A stretch of 61,237 nt of DNA, filler included, from Sphacelaria rigidula (lineage: Eukaryota), in NCBI GenBank assembly GCA_964200075.2. It is 5 parts of 5 records of this genome, joined end to end, with 100 filler letters (N's around TTAATTAATTAA, not from the genome) between each part and the next. Parts side by side here need not be neighbours in the genome. Positions count along the whole stretch, not along the records: positions 24,538 to 36,704 come from CAXNAA020004057.1; positions 36,805 to 48,971 come from CAXNAA020004058.1; 3 more parts are not named here. One strand, given 5' to 3'. Made by a program: the position numbers and the translations under genes. Below are positions 33,986 through 47,893 of this stretch, piece after piece (the first letter of the stretch is position 1; every line of letters begins with the position of its first letter). Below the pieces are notes generated by a model. The model was not told the origin of the DNA and did not search any database. It worked only from the letters and a program-made list of their open reading frames with translations.

Positions 33986-36704
33986 GAGGCATCGTGGCGT
34001 CTTCACGTCGGCAAACTTAGGGCAACCAGTGCCGTTGCTCGGCAGCAGTAGACACCGATTGTAGAAGTTATTACATGCGTGGCTCACACCTTGATCATGT
34101 CGTTTTGTCAACCCTTTGTCTACTGTAGCGTTGCGTTCGACTCTTCCCTTCACAGTGACCCACATTCCATTTTTTTTTTTTTTCTATTTTATCTACTATT
34201 CACGTCTTGATTTTTGTTTTGAGGTTTCGGAATTGCACACGAACATCGGAAGAGCACGCACTAATACTACGCCCCCCCATCCGCCCCTGCCGTTTTGCTG
34301 TTTGATTTTGCTCGCTCCTGTCGCCCCGAACGTGCCTGCGTAATGCCGCGAGTCATACCATGGTCGTTGGTATCGCATCATACCATGTGTATTTCCTCTC
34401 CCGCTGGTATTTTTCTTGCTGTTGATTTTTTTCTCTTTCGCGATCACACTGTTTTATACTAGTGATCCCTTTCCCTCAGCGGCTGCATTTAGCAGTCGTA
34501 GTCCACGATGCACTATTTGCGTCATTCTCTCCTTTCACTGACTCCATTATTTTTTCTTTTGCCCCCCTGTATGCCGTATGGTACCCCATGATTTTCTGCC
34601 ATTTTTCTCCTCCCTTTCTACATTTTCTATCTGTTTTTGCGATCCTTCTACTTTTTCTGAAATCTCCACAAAATCGTTGGACCTGAGGGGAAAACGACGG
34701 CCGAAACGAGAGGTGAGAGGCGATCTGAGTACGAAATAAAAGCGATACCTGGGAGTCGATGCTGAGGAGCTGCCGGCGGTTCCAAAAATAATTATCAGCA
34801 CTCGAAAATTTAGCAGTAGGCGCCACCCTTTCCACGATGCGTGAACGCTCCCTTTCGTCAACAAGTACGAAATATATCAGGCAAGATGTGCTGTAATGCC
34901 GTTGCGGGAGGCCCAAGAGGTCAAGCAGTCGCCAAACGACCATCAGGTAGGGGCGTGCGGTAGACCCATGGGACGAGGAGATCAACTTGCCAACAATTGA
35001 GGTAGTGTTGCACTCACATACACATACATCTGCAGGCACTTGACCTCGCTTCTCGATCCCCAATTAATTTTTCACAGCCATCAAAACAAGTCAACGGGGT
35101 AGTCGGTGCCCCTGCAGAATGTGCCTAATTTTCGATGCCCCTCAAAAGATTCGCGGAACAGAGGCGAAAAGTTTAGCGTGGAGGTAGTCACCCATTTGGG
35201 CAGGTGACTGAAAGAAGGCATTTCTTTCCGAAGCGTCAGATCTCCCACGCGGTAATGACGTAGTCGTGAGATCAGGAGGATGTATGCTGGATATGTTGTC
35301 AGAAATCTGCAAGTCATGTTGGGTGAACACGTCTCATTGGCTCCTTGAAGCAAGTGCACATTGCTTGACACGCTGCTCCCCTCCCCGGGTTGCACACATA
35401 TATCTAAGCTGACCTTCACTTACATCGCAAGAAGCAGAACCGAGTGCAGGACTGGACCCTTTCGTAGAACAGCGCGAATAGAACCTATGCGAGGTAAGAC
35501 TGGTGATGGATCCGGAGAGAAATCTCAACGGGTGGGGATGGCAACGGCAGGAAACTGCAGCACTAGTACACGGTACATGAAAAGTTGGCAAAGATTGATG
35601 ACGGCACGCGGTCTAGAGGTGGTGATGCAACTACACGAAATACATACGCGTAAGATAGTCCGCCATAGGTCGAGCCGCATACCGTTACCCGACCCACCTG
35701 AGATATTCTGTCGCTGACGGGTCCACCTAGTCTGCTTGAACACCAGACTTCGAGGCGACGCCAACCTGGAAAACCCCACACCCCACCTCCTCACCATGAA
35801 GGACCGTCGCGAGTCTAAATCCAGAAAAAATGAGGTTGGAAATAGCGAGCAAAGGTCCAGGATGGAGCAATGTCTGAGGGGCTACCAGGAAGCGGAGTTC
35901 TTGAAAGCCTGCAAGGGTCGGACAAATAATGATTCGTCTGAAAATTCATTGGTTTTAGTATGACGAGTCGACTCGTGACGAATCCATCCCTAGGCTTTAT
36001 TTCAAAGTTGCAACCAAGGTACACGCAGCCCAGACACGTGGAATGGCGGAAACGTTGCGTGGATACCCCTTGGACCAGCGATCAACGTTTTTATCCCTTT
36101 TGGGCAATCAGGCCGGAGAAATCGTGAATTTGGTGATGTTGAGTCGTGATGATCTGTCCTAACCGTGAAAGCCTGATGCTTCCACGAGTGGACGGGTTCA
36201 ACGCCCTTCGGCATCTGCACTACCCAGCCAAGGCATCAAGTATGCCATCCCGCCCGAGCACGCCATGTCCCTCTGTCGCGCGATGCTTTGAACTTGTTCC
36301 CATAGGTTTCGTATTCCGAGAGGATTTTGACGGAGCTCAGCAAAAAGGACAAGTGTTCGACGACGGTCGCTTCGGGAGAGTGATGAGGCGACGCAGATTG
36401 CGTGGAGTCTTCAAGTGAAGAGCTCCAGCAAATGGCTCAGACGAGCGAGCCGATGTCATTAAAAGCATTGATATTGTACGAAGGAAAGATCAGGGGACCG
36501 TTTTGTGGTGCATTACAGGAGCGAGTGTTAAAGGATTCACTCAGAACCCCTTTGTCGTGGTCGCTAGAGTTGGCGCAATGGCAGTTAAGCCAAGCAAGCA
36601 GACAGGCTGCTTCGGAGTGTAGACAGAAGATAGTGTTCAAGGTGCCGCTTTTGGGCAAGACAGATACAAAACACCCACCGGGGTACACGGTCAAAGGGAA
36701 GAGT

Positions 36705-36804
36705 NNNNNNNNNNNNNNNNNNNNNNNNNNNNNNNNNNNNNNNNNNNNTTAATTAATTAANNNNNNNNNNNNNNNNNNNNNNNNNNNNNNNNNNNNNNNN
36801 NNNN
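36705..36804. other. Artificial contig linker
   Basis: N + TTAATTAATTAA + N, 100 nt. Confidence 0.98.
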
Positions 36805-39800
36805 TATCTCTGCTCTCTATTTGTGACACATACAGTACGAACTACTTGCCACAAGTCAACAACCGGCTGTATTTCTTCCGCCGGAGGAGAGGTGAACATC
36901 GATCGTGTCGGACATCAGGTGTCGGAGGTCGGGACACGAGGGCCGAGCGTCGACCCCTGGCGCGTAACTCTGCTCTTCATCGGAGCGTTGACCCCTGGCA
37001 CGTAACTCTGCTCTCTATCCGTGAGACATCCAGCAGAAATTACTTGCCACAAGTCAACAACCGGCTGTATTTCTTCCGCCGGAGGAGAGGTGAACATCGA
37101 TCGTGTCGGACTTCAGGTGTCGGAGGTCGGGACACGAGGGCCGAGCGTTGACCCCTGGCCATAACTCTGCTCTTCATCGGAGCAATGACCCCTGGCACGT
37201 ATCTCTGCTCTCTATCCGTGATACATACAGCAGAAATTACTTGCCACAAGTCAACAACAGGCTGTATTTCTCCGCCGGAGGAGAGGTGAACATCGATCGT
37301 GTCGGACATCAGCTGTCGGGGTTCGGGACACGAGAGGCGCGCGTTGACCCCTGGCGAGTAACTCTGCCCTCTATCCGTCATACATACAGTACGAATCACT
37401 TGCACATCAGCTGTCGGCGGTCGGGGCACGAGGGTCGAGCGTTGACCCCTGACAAGTATCTCTGCTCTCTATCTGTGATACATACAGTACGAAATACTCG
37501 CCAGAGGTCAACAACCGGCTGTATGTCTTCCGCCGGAGAAGAGGTGAACATCGGTCGTGTCGGACGTCAGGTGTCGGAGGTCGGGGCACCAGAACCGAGC
37601 GTTGACCCCTGGCAAGTAACTCTGCTCTCTTATCGTGATACAAACAGTACGAATCACTTGCCACAGGTCAACAACCGGTTGTATGTCTTCCGCCGGAGGA
37701 GAGGTGAACGTCGATCGTGTCGGACATCAGGTGTCGGCGGTCGGGGCAACAGGGCCGAGCGTTGACCCCTGGCATGGACCTTCGATCTCTATACGTGATA
37801 CATACAGTACGAATCCCTTCCCACAGGTCAACAACCGGCTGTATGTCTTCCGCCCGAGGGGAGGTGAACATCGATCGTGTCGGATATCGGGTGTCGGAGG
37901 TCGGGGCACCAGGGCCGAGCGTTGACCCCTGGCACGTATCTCTGCTCTCTGTCCGTGATACATACAGTACGAATCACTTGCCACAGGTCAGAACCCGGGT
38001 GTTTGTCTGCCGCCCGAGGTGAGGTGAACATCGATCGTGTCGGACGCCAGGTGTCCGAGATCGGGGCACCAGGGCCGAGCGTTGACCCCTGGCACGTATC
38101 TCTGCTCTCCATCCGTGATACATACAGCCGAAATTACTTGCCACAGGTCAACAACCGGCTGTATGTCTTCCGCCGAAGGGGAGGTGAACATCGATCGTGT
38201 CGGACGTGAGGTGTCGGCGGTCGGGGCACGAGGACCGAGCGTTGACCTCTGGCACGCATCTCTGCTCTCTATTCGTGATACATACCGTACAAACTACTTG
38301 TCACAGGTCAACAACCGGCTGTATGTCTTCCGCCGAAGGAAAGGTCAACATCGATCGTGTCGGACATAAGGTGTCGGAGGTCGGGGCACCAGGGCCGAGC
38401 GTTGACCCCTGGCACATAACACTGCTCTCTATCCGTCATACATACAGTACGAATTGCTTGCTACAGGTCAACAACCGGCTGTATGTCTTCCGCCGGAGGG
38501 GAGGTGAACATCGATCGTGTCGGACACCAGGTGTCGGAGGTCAGGGCACGAGAACCGAACGTTGACCCCTGGCACGCAACCCTGCTCTCTATTCGTGATA
38601 CATACAGTACGAATTGCTTGCCACCGGTCAACAACCGGCCGTATTTCTCCCGCCGGAAGGAGTGAAAATCGATCGTGTCGGATATCAGGTGTCGGAGGTC
38701 GGGGCACCAAGGCCAAGCGTTAACCCCTGGCACGTATGTGTGCTCTCTTTTCGTGTTACATACAGTACGAATCACTTGCCACAGGTCAACAACCGGCTGT
38801 ATGTCTTCCGCCGGAGGAGAGCTTAACATGGATCGTGTCGGACATCACGTGCCCGAGGTCGGGGCACGAGGACCGAGCGATGACCCCTGCCAAGTAACTC
38901 TGCTCTCCGTCCGTGATACATAGAGTACGAATCATTTGCCACAGGTCAACAACCGGTTGTATGTCTTTAGCCGGAGGATAGGTGAACATCGATCGTGTCG
39001 GACATCAGGTGTCGGAAGTCGGGGCACGAGGGCCGAGCGATGACCCCTGGCAAGTATCTCTGCTCTTTATCCGAGCGTTGACACCCGGCATGAAACTTTG
39101 ATCTCTATCCGTGATACATACAGTACGAATCCCTTCCCACAGGTCAACAACCGGCTGTATGTCTTCCGCCCGAGGAGAGGTGAACATCGATCGTGTCGGA
39201 CATCAGGTGTCCGAGGTCGGGGCACCAGGGCCGAGCGTTGACCCCTGGCACGTATCTCTGCTCTCCATCCGTCATACATACAGTACGAATCATTTGCCAC
39301 AGGTCAACAACCGGCTGTATGTCTTCAGCCGGAGGAGAGGTGAACATCGATCGTGTCGGACGTCAGGTGTCAGAGGTCGGGGCACGAGGACCGAGCGTTG
39401 ACCCGTGGCACGCAACTCTGCTCTCTATTCGTGATACATACAGTACGAATTACTTGCCACAGGTCAACAACCGGCTGTATGTCTTCCGCCGGAGGGAAGG
39501 TGAATAACGATCGTGTCGGACATCACGTGTCGGAGGTCGGGGCAACAGGGCCGAGCGTTGACCCCTGGCACGTATCTCTACTCTCTATTCGTGAAACATG
39601 CAGTACGAATTACTTGCCACAGGTCAACAACCGGCTGTATGTCTCCCGCCGGAGGAGAGGTGAACATCGATCGTCTCGGACACCAGGTGTCGGAGGTCGG
39701 GGCACGAGGTCCGAGCGATGACCCCTGGCAAGTATCTCTGCTCTCTATCCGAGCGTTGACACCTGGCATGGAAGTTCGATCTCTTTCCGTGATACATACA

Positions 39801-42800
39801 GTACGAATCCCTTCCCACAGGTTAACAACCGGCTGTTTGTCTCCCGCCGGAGGGGAGGTGAACATCGATCGTCTCGGACATCAGGTGTCGGAGGTCGGGG
39901 CACGAGGACCGACCGTTGACCCCTGGCACGCAACTCTGCTCTCTATTCGTGATACATACAGCAGAAAATACTTGCCACAGGTAAACAACCGGCTGTATGT
40001 CTTCAGCCGGGGGAGAGGTGAACATCGATCGTGTCGGACATCAGGTGTCGGAGGTCGGGGCACGAGGACCGAGCGTTGACCCCTGGCACGCAACTCTGCT
40101 CTCTATTCGTGATACATACAGCATATATTACTTGCCAGAGGTCAACAACCGGCTGTATGTCTTCAGCCGGGGGAGAGGTAAACATGGATCGTGTCGGACA
40201 TCAGGTTCCGGAGGTCGAGGCACGAGGAACGAGCGTTAACCCCTGGCACGCAATCCCGCTCTCCATCCGTGATACATACAGTACGAATCCCTTCCCACAG
40301 GTCAACAACCGGCTGTATGTCTTCCGCCGGAGGGGAGGTGAACATCGATCGTGTCGGACATCAGGTGTCGGAGGTCGAGGCACGAGAAACGAGCGTTGAC
40401 CCCTGACACGTATCTCTGCTCTTCATCCGTGTTACATACAGTACAAATTACTTGCCACAGGTCAACAACCGGCTGTATGTTTTCCGCCGGAGGAAAGGTG
40501 AACATCGATCGTGTCGGACATTAGGTGTCGGCGGTCGGGGCACCAGGGCCGAGCGTTGACCCCTGGCACGCAACTCTGCTCTCTATCCGTTGTACATACA
40601 GTAGAAATTACTTGCCACAGGTCAACAACCGGCTGTATGTCTCCCGCCGGAGGAGAGGTGAACACGGATCGTGTCGGACATCCAGTGTCGGAGGTCGGGG
40701 CACCAGGAACGAGCGTTGACCCCTGGCAAGTAACTCTGCTCTCCGTCCGTGATACATAGAGTACGAATCACTTGCCACAGGTCAACAACCGGTTGTATGT
40801 CTTCCGCCGGAGGAGAGGTGAACATGGATCGTCTCGGACATCAGGTGTCGGAGGTCGGGGCACGAGGGCCGAGCGATGACCCCTGGCAAGTATCTCTGCT
40901 CTCTATCCGAGCGTTGACACCTGGCATGAAACTTTGATCTCTATCCGTGATACATACAGTACGAATCCCTTCCCGCAGGTCAACAACCGGCTGTATGTCT
41001 TTCGCCGGGGGAGAGGTGAACATCGATCGTTTCGGACATCAGGTGTCGGAGGTCGGGGCACGACGACCGAGCGTTGACCCCTGGCACGCAACTTTGCTCT
41101 CTATTCGTGATACATACAGCAGAAAATACTTGCCACAGGTCAACAACCGGCGGTATGTCTCCAGCCGAAGGAGAGGTGAACATCGATCGTGTCGGACATC
41201 AGGTGTCGGAGATCGGGGCACGAGGACCGAGCGTTGACCCCTGGCACGCAACTCTGCTCTCTATTCGTGATACATACAGCACAAATTACATGCCACAGGT
41301 CAACAACCGGTTGTATGTCTTCCGCCGAAGGGAAGGTGAACATCGGTCGTGTCGGACGTCAGGTGTCGGAGGTCGGGGCACGAGGAACGAGCGTTGACCA
41401 CTGGCAAGTAACTCTGCTCTCTATCCGTGATATAGTACGGATCATTCACCACAGGTCAACAACCGGTTTTATGTCTTCCGCCGGAGGAGAGGTAAACATC
41501 GATCGTGTCGGACATCAGGTGTCGGCGGTCGGGGCACGAGGTCCGAGCGTTGACACCTGGCATGGAACTTCGATCTCTATCCGTGATACATACAGTACGA
41601 ATCCCTCCCCACAGGTAAACAACCGGATGTATGTCTTCCGCCGGGGGAGAGGTAAACATCGATCGCGTCGGACATCAGTTGTCGGAGATCGGGGCACGAG
41701 GACCGAGCGTTGACCCCTGGCACGCAACTCTGCTCTCTATTCGTGATACATACAGCAGAAATTACTTGCCACAGGTCTACAACCTGCTGTATGTCTTCAG
41801 CCGGGGGAGAGGCGAACATCGATCGTGTCGGACATCAGCTGTCGGGGGTCGGGGCACAAGGACCGAGCGTTGACCCCTGGCACGCAACTCTGCTCTCTAT
41901 TCGTGATACATACAGCACAAATTACTTGCCAGAGGTCAACAACCGGCTGTATGTCTTCCGCCGGAGGAGAGGTGAACATCGGTCGTGTCGGACATCAGGT
42001 TTCGGAGGTCGGGGCACCAGGAACGAGCGTTGACCACTCGCAAGTAACTCTGCTCTCTATCCGTGATACGGTACGAATCACTTGCCACAGGTCAACAACC
42101 GGTTGTATGTCTTCCGCCGGAGGAGAGGTGAACATCGATCGTGTCGGACATCAGGTGTCGGCGGTCGGGGCAACAGGGCCGAGCGTTGACCCCTGGCATG
42201 AAACTTTGATCTCCATCCGTGATACATACAGCACGAATCCCTTCCTACAGGTCAACAACCGGCTGTATGTCTTCCGCCCGAGGAGAGGTGAACATCGATC
42301 GTGTCGGACATTAGGTGTCGGAGGTTGGGGCACCAGGGCCGAGCGTTGACCCCTGGCACGTATCTCTGCTCTCTGTCCGTGATACATACAGTACGAACTG
42401 CTTGCCACAGGTCAACAACCCGCTGTATGTCTTCCGCCGGAGGAGAGGTGAACATCGATCGTGTCGGACATCAGTTGTCGGAGGTCGGGGCACGAGAACC
42501 GAGCGTCGACCCCTGGCACGCAACCCTGCTCTCTATCCGTGATACATACAGTACGAATCATTTGCCACAGGTCAACAACCGGCTGTATGTCTTCCGCCGG
42601 AGAAGAGGTGAACATCGATCGTGCCGGACTTCAGGTGTCGGAGGTCGGGGCACGAGGACCGAGCGTTAACCCCTGGCACGTAACTCTGCTCTCCATCCGT
42701 CATACATACAGTACGAATTACTTGCCACAGGTCAACAACCGGCTGTATGTCTTCCGCCGGAGGGGAGGTGAACATCGATCGTGTCGGACATCAGGTGTCG

Positions 42801-43359
42801 GCGATCGGGGCAACAGGCCCGAGCGTTGACCCCTGGCACGCAACTCTGCTCTCTATCCGTGATACGTACAGCAGAAATTACTTGCCACAGGTCAACAACC
42901 GGCTGTATGTCTCCCGCCGAAGGAGAGGTGAACATCGACCGTCTCGGACATCCAGTGTCGGAGGTCGGGGCACCAGGGCCGAGCGTTGACCTCTGGCACG
43001 CAACTCTGCTCTCTGTCCGTGATACATGTAGTACAAATTACTTGCCACAGGTCAACAACCGGCTGTATGTCTTCCGCCGGAGGGGAGGTGAACATCGATC
43101 GTGTCGGACATCAGATTTCGGAGGTCGGGGCACCAGGGCCGAGCGTTGACCCCTGGCAAGTAACTCTGCTCTCCATCCGTCATACATACAGTACGAATCA
43201 CTTGCCACAGGTCAACAACCGGCTGTATGTCTTCCGCCGGAGGGGAGGTGAACATCGATCGTGTCGGACACCAGGTGTCGGAGATCGGGGCACGAGAACT
43301 GAACGTTGACCCCTGGCACGCAACTCTGCTCTCTATTCGTGATACATACAGTACGAATT
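36805..43359 (+). repeat. 160-bp tandem satellite, ~41 diverged copies
   Basis: gttgaccc(c/t) recurs at 37761, 37921, 38081, 38241, 38401, 38561 and onward; the array runs off the contig start. Confidence 0.98.
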
Positions 43360-43438
43360 AGGTTTAGGCCTAACCCCAACCCTAACCCTTAACCCTAACC
43401 CTAACCCTGACCCCCTAACCCTAACCTCCTAACCCTAA
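43358..43438 (+). repeat. Interstitial telomeric repeat (CCCTAA)n with a short inverted TTAGG head
   Basis: ttaggtttagg|cctaaccccaaccctaacccttaaccctaaccctaa... Confidence 0.92.
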
Positions 43439-44437
43439 GTAAAAATTGAAGGGGAAACAAAAAGCATCTTTGTTATATCATGTCTATACCCATTTTTTGT
43501 TTTCCTGGGGGAGGAGGGGGGGGCTGTGTCTTTCGGTTGTTGCATGTTCAGTGTGTTTGTCGGTCCTGTTCTGGTGGCTTATTTTACAGCACCGTTGCCA
43601 CTCGACGCCAACCCAAGAGTCTTGAGGTGAAGGATGTTTCAGACTAAGACTTGGCTGTGCCAATCCGTTTTCACGTGCTTGCCTAGCCCGTACCCGAGCA
43701 GCGTACCCGAGCAGGTGTGTCTGCTCCTCTTATGGTTCCTTGTTTCACAGACCGTGAACGAAATGCTTCGATGACGTCCCAGTTAAGTCCGGGATTCCTG
43801 TGCCCTCTGCCACACCAAAACCAGGTAGTTTACCCTCGAAACCCTACGACTCGGCTTCTGACGCAGTCAAAATACCCGTACACAAGTGTACGATCAAGCG
43901 CTTTTGCATCACCTTGTGGACGCTTGTCCCCGCGAAATTTAAAGGGGTGATATCAGGGGAAACGATGGTTTCGGTCAGCACTGTAAGCTCACAGAGTCTG
44001 TAAAATGCGCTAAAGTATTAACGCGATGGAGGGACATTAGGCCGACAAAAAAGTTATTGGCACCATTGCTGAAAGTGTGGGGAAAACAATGTGTTGGGCT
44101 TGAACCTCATTTCATCGTTCAACCTCATTTCATGGAATTGTCTGTTCATTGACGCTTCTTTTTGGTCGCCAGCCGTCGGTATGTCATCTGCCAATACGAT
44201 TCGCACTCCGCGCAATGGAAAACATTCTAAACAACCGTATATTCCTGTTAGACTGTTTACGCTGCGGCTGCCAAAGGGTTAGTAGCATCAAATACGTCCA
44301 CAATATCGTGAGCATTTTCTAGCTCTGGAATATGACCACCCACTCTCAGCCAAGGCGCCTGACACACAGCCTCGCACAACGGGTGTTGGACCATTTTTCC
44401 ACCCTATTTAAACATGTTTTTCACCTGCTCAGGTCCC

Positions 44438-44575
44438 TCCCCAACTCTACCCAACAACCCAACCCCAACCCCAACCCCAACCCCAACCCTAACTCCATCC
44501 CCAATCCTAACCCCAACCCCAACCCTAACCCTAATCCAGACCCCGACCCTAACTCCAACACAAACACAAACGCAA
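44438..44575 (+). repeat. Degenerate telomere-like repeat (CCCCAA/CCCTAA)n
   Basis: aaccccaaccccaaccccaaccctaactcc...cctaaccctaa. Confidence 0.85.
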
Positions 44576-47558
44576 ACCGGATAACTACACATGTGCGGCC
44601 GACGTGCTGGATACAAAAACATATTGGTCGCCAGACTGGTGCCTCAACGCACCACGCTTTGGTGGGGTGTCACGGTGCATACACTCAAGGTATTGATCCG
44701 CTTTGCACACATTGAATGACCTCACGACGACCTCCTGGTGCTTTGTGTACACGTTGACAGTCTCATCGAAGCATGGAACGTCGCAATACTCACCTCAAGG
44801 TACACCTGTGGTCAACTGTGTATTACAGACGGCAGAAAGGCTCGTGCGCCTGATAAAGCGGTCACGGCGCCGTCCATCGCCCGCAGTCACACTTTCAAAC
44901 AGCCTAATGCTGTCCGATAAATCGGCATTGCCAAGTTGGTCACGACATCGCCACTCTTGTGTACCGTCCTCCTCTGGTGGTTTATCAAAGGCTCAAGTGG
45001 AGAATTACACTATACTAACATGATATTTGTACTCGTCTATTATACCTAGCCAACGAAGTAGGGTAAACATCTTCATCTACGTACAACACACAATGTGGAA
45101 GGGCAGAACACGCTAGTTCCTTTCGGCAACTATAAACGCACTTCAACTACAATCATGGTCTTGAAATCTAGCGCGAGGCCGATGTGATGCGACCGCGACA
45201 CCTACCCAATAGCATGTCCCATACGGGTGGGCGCTTGTACACGTGTCTCACGTTAGCCACACTTTTAAACGCCACAAAATCACTGGCAAGTTGACAGCAT
45301 TGGTTGAATGCGAAATCAGGTGCATTTGCACCTCCTTGACCTGGTCTCACGTGTACACACGTTGTTAATCTGCCATGATGGGGCGTGAGAAAATGCTACT
45401 GCCATGGGATATTGTGCACCAGAGTCCACCTGTGCATCCTTTTTCACGCAAAGATAAATTGCAGTATCATGCATCATGAACTGTGGGCGAGTAACTCGAG
45501 AGTAACATATTCGATGGACAGGCATACGCCCAGACCTCGATCCTCGAGAAGCCAACAGTGAATGGTAGATTGGTCTCAACGACCATCATATCATACATGA
45601 CAAGACTCAAGTGGAAAGAGTCATACTCCCAAAAAGCGGGGTAAATATGGTCATTGGAAATCTATTTCGACCCCTCACACAGGTACTTCAACTTTCCCAC
45701 CGCACCCCTCTAGCACACACTGGGTCCCAACGCTTGGTTGCCGTTCCATGGTGTGTCGTGCCAAGGCAAGTGTGCCACAACGGCGATCGATGGTACTTTT
45801 ACAGTATGTAGGGACATGAGAATCTCGTTGACCCGCAGAGGTACACGTGTATTGCTAACTGTACACAAAACAGTATGGCTTACCCCAAGCCCAACTCAAA
45901 CCCCGAGCCCAGAAATCGTGTAGTGAACAGCAATGCCTAGACCGTGCAACGATGAAGATTGGGTTGACCTGGACGTGAAGAAGTGAGACACGCTATTAGA
46001 GCGTGCCATCAGGAGGACCGAAGGCCATCTTGCCCAGGAGACAAAAGTCGTCGTAGGTCATGTCACCGTCGAAAGGAACCTCCCTCTTGACCTCACTGTC
46101 GCATGTGGCGCCAATGACGCGATCATCACTCTGAAATGGCGCTGCTGGCAACGGTGCAGGCGTGAGCGGCCTCGGCGGCACGTGGTTCAACTGGTGTCCT
46201 CCCCATCTGTAGCGCACGGTGCAAGGGGAAATATTCAAGACTTCGAAACTGCACGGTATACACGTAAGGAAAGCTTGTTCGGCCAAGACCCCGACTAATA
46301 TCTACTTCAGCGGCCAGCAGACTGAGGGGAATATGAGGGGAAAACATTAAATCAGGCAAGTTTGGCAACACTTTCTTGGTGCCTGTCGGCGTATGCTTCA
46401 CACTACAACTGACCATATGCTGGACTTCAGACGGCGTCTATTGCAATCGCAGTAGAATTTGCTTTCCTCGCGCCCTTGGTAAGTCGACGAAAGCACCTTC
46501 TACTCGATCTTCGCAGCCGTTTTGAGGCTTTCAAAACGTTACTGTTAAATTCCATCCATACTTGTTCCACATACCCAAACACATTCCGATGTGCACCTCA
46601 CTGGGTACAGTTGGCGACTATGAATTGAATGGGCTAAAGAGAGTGGAACAACGACAGCACTGGGTCGCCACCTAGCCCAAACTATCTCAAACAAGACTCT
46701 TTTGGTCAGCGCTCCACGGGGTGGGCCACAAATGAAACGGCAAGTAGTTCATATGATACGAGAACAAACATGGTGAAGCGGGCTTCGGAAATGCTGTTTC
46801 CGAATGAGGTTCAGGAATTCCAACTGACCTTGCAGAGCACTATTATCATCGTGGAATCCCTCGACGGTTGTGAGCCAAGTACATCTTCGTCTTCGTCGAG
46901 CCATCTTCATGCGGTACACAATTTCGTTCGTTGCGAATGGTGCACGCCGGCAGCCACTATGCTACTGCAATACACGCAAACAAAATATTTTTTGCCCACG
47001 TTGTCGCAGTTTTGATCATTTCAGGTCAGGACTGGCACACCTCTGACGTGTTTGAAGGTTGAACGCATATCGAGCCATGCTACGATAGGGGGAGGGGGGG
47101 TTGGATTCCACGAGGAAACGTGCTCATAGATGCGTCAAACGACCTAAAACACTCGCGATGTGCTTGTATTTGAGTAAAAGTGGTATCAGGTAGTATGAAT
47201 AAGCGTTATTTATTGGGAGCAAGCGCGTTCGAACAACTGTTGGTTACTTTCAACAGCGATTGAAATGGAATTTCGTGGAAGAAAACGGCCCAAAATACCC
47301 TCCTCTATCGTAGCATGACTCTCATCACATCATCTTTAGCTGTACCTGCTGTCTGGACTGTTGCTGTTATACTTTACGAACTATTTTCATCAGCGGCTAA
47401 ATATAATGGTATAAAACGGTTAGTGTCATCGCTTTCAACTGCACACGGAATTTTTTCTTCTTGCTAGGTGTTCTACGAACGACAGCAACAGAGGGAGCAG
47501 GCCGGGCACAAAGAGCGCAGACAAAGCAAATGCCATTTCCTTTTCCAAGGCACTGCAC

Positions 47559-47893
47559 ATAAAACAGCAGATCATCGAAATTGAGGATGGAGCTTTTCAT
47601 TGAGGATGAGAACCCGGAGGATGCAAATCTTCGTATCCACACCAAATCTTCGAAATATGGTTTCGATCGGATCGCCGAAATTGCCCGAAATTGATTTTTC
47701 ACTTAGGACCCCAACATTATGGTTATCGAAATCCAAATTTGTATGGCGTGTAGCACTTGTCAATAGCTACCAGTAGGTGGAGGGATGGAACCATATTTCG
47801 AAGATTTGGTGTAGATACGAATATTTGAATCCTCCGGGTTCTCATCCTCGATGAAAAGCTCCAGCCTCAATTTCGATGATCGCCTGTTGTTAT
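47559..47893. mobile_element. MITE with ~110-bp terminal inverted repeats
   Basis: gatcatcgaaattgagg...cttcgaaatatggtt is mirrored by aaccatatttcgaag...cctcaatttcgatgatc. Confidence 0.85.

Noticed and set aside
36805-43359. CRISPR-like or guide array for the Fanzors, and its many ORFs
   Set aside because: The whole 160-bp unit repeats with no unique spacers, it lies on a different contig, and the ORFs are repeat-translation artefacts.
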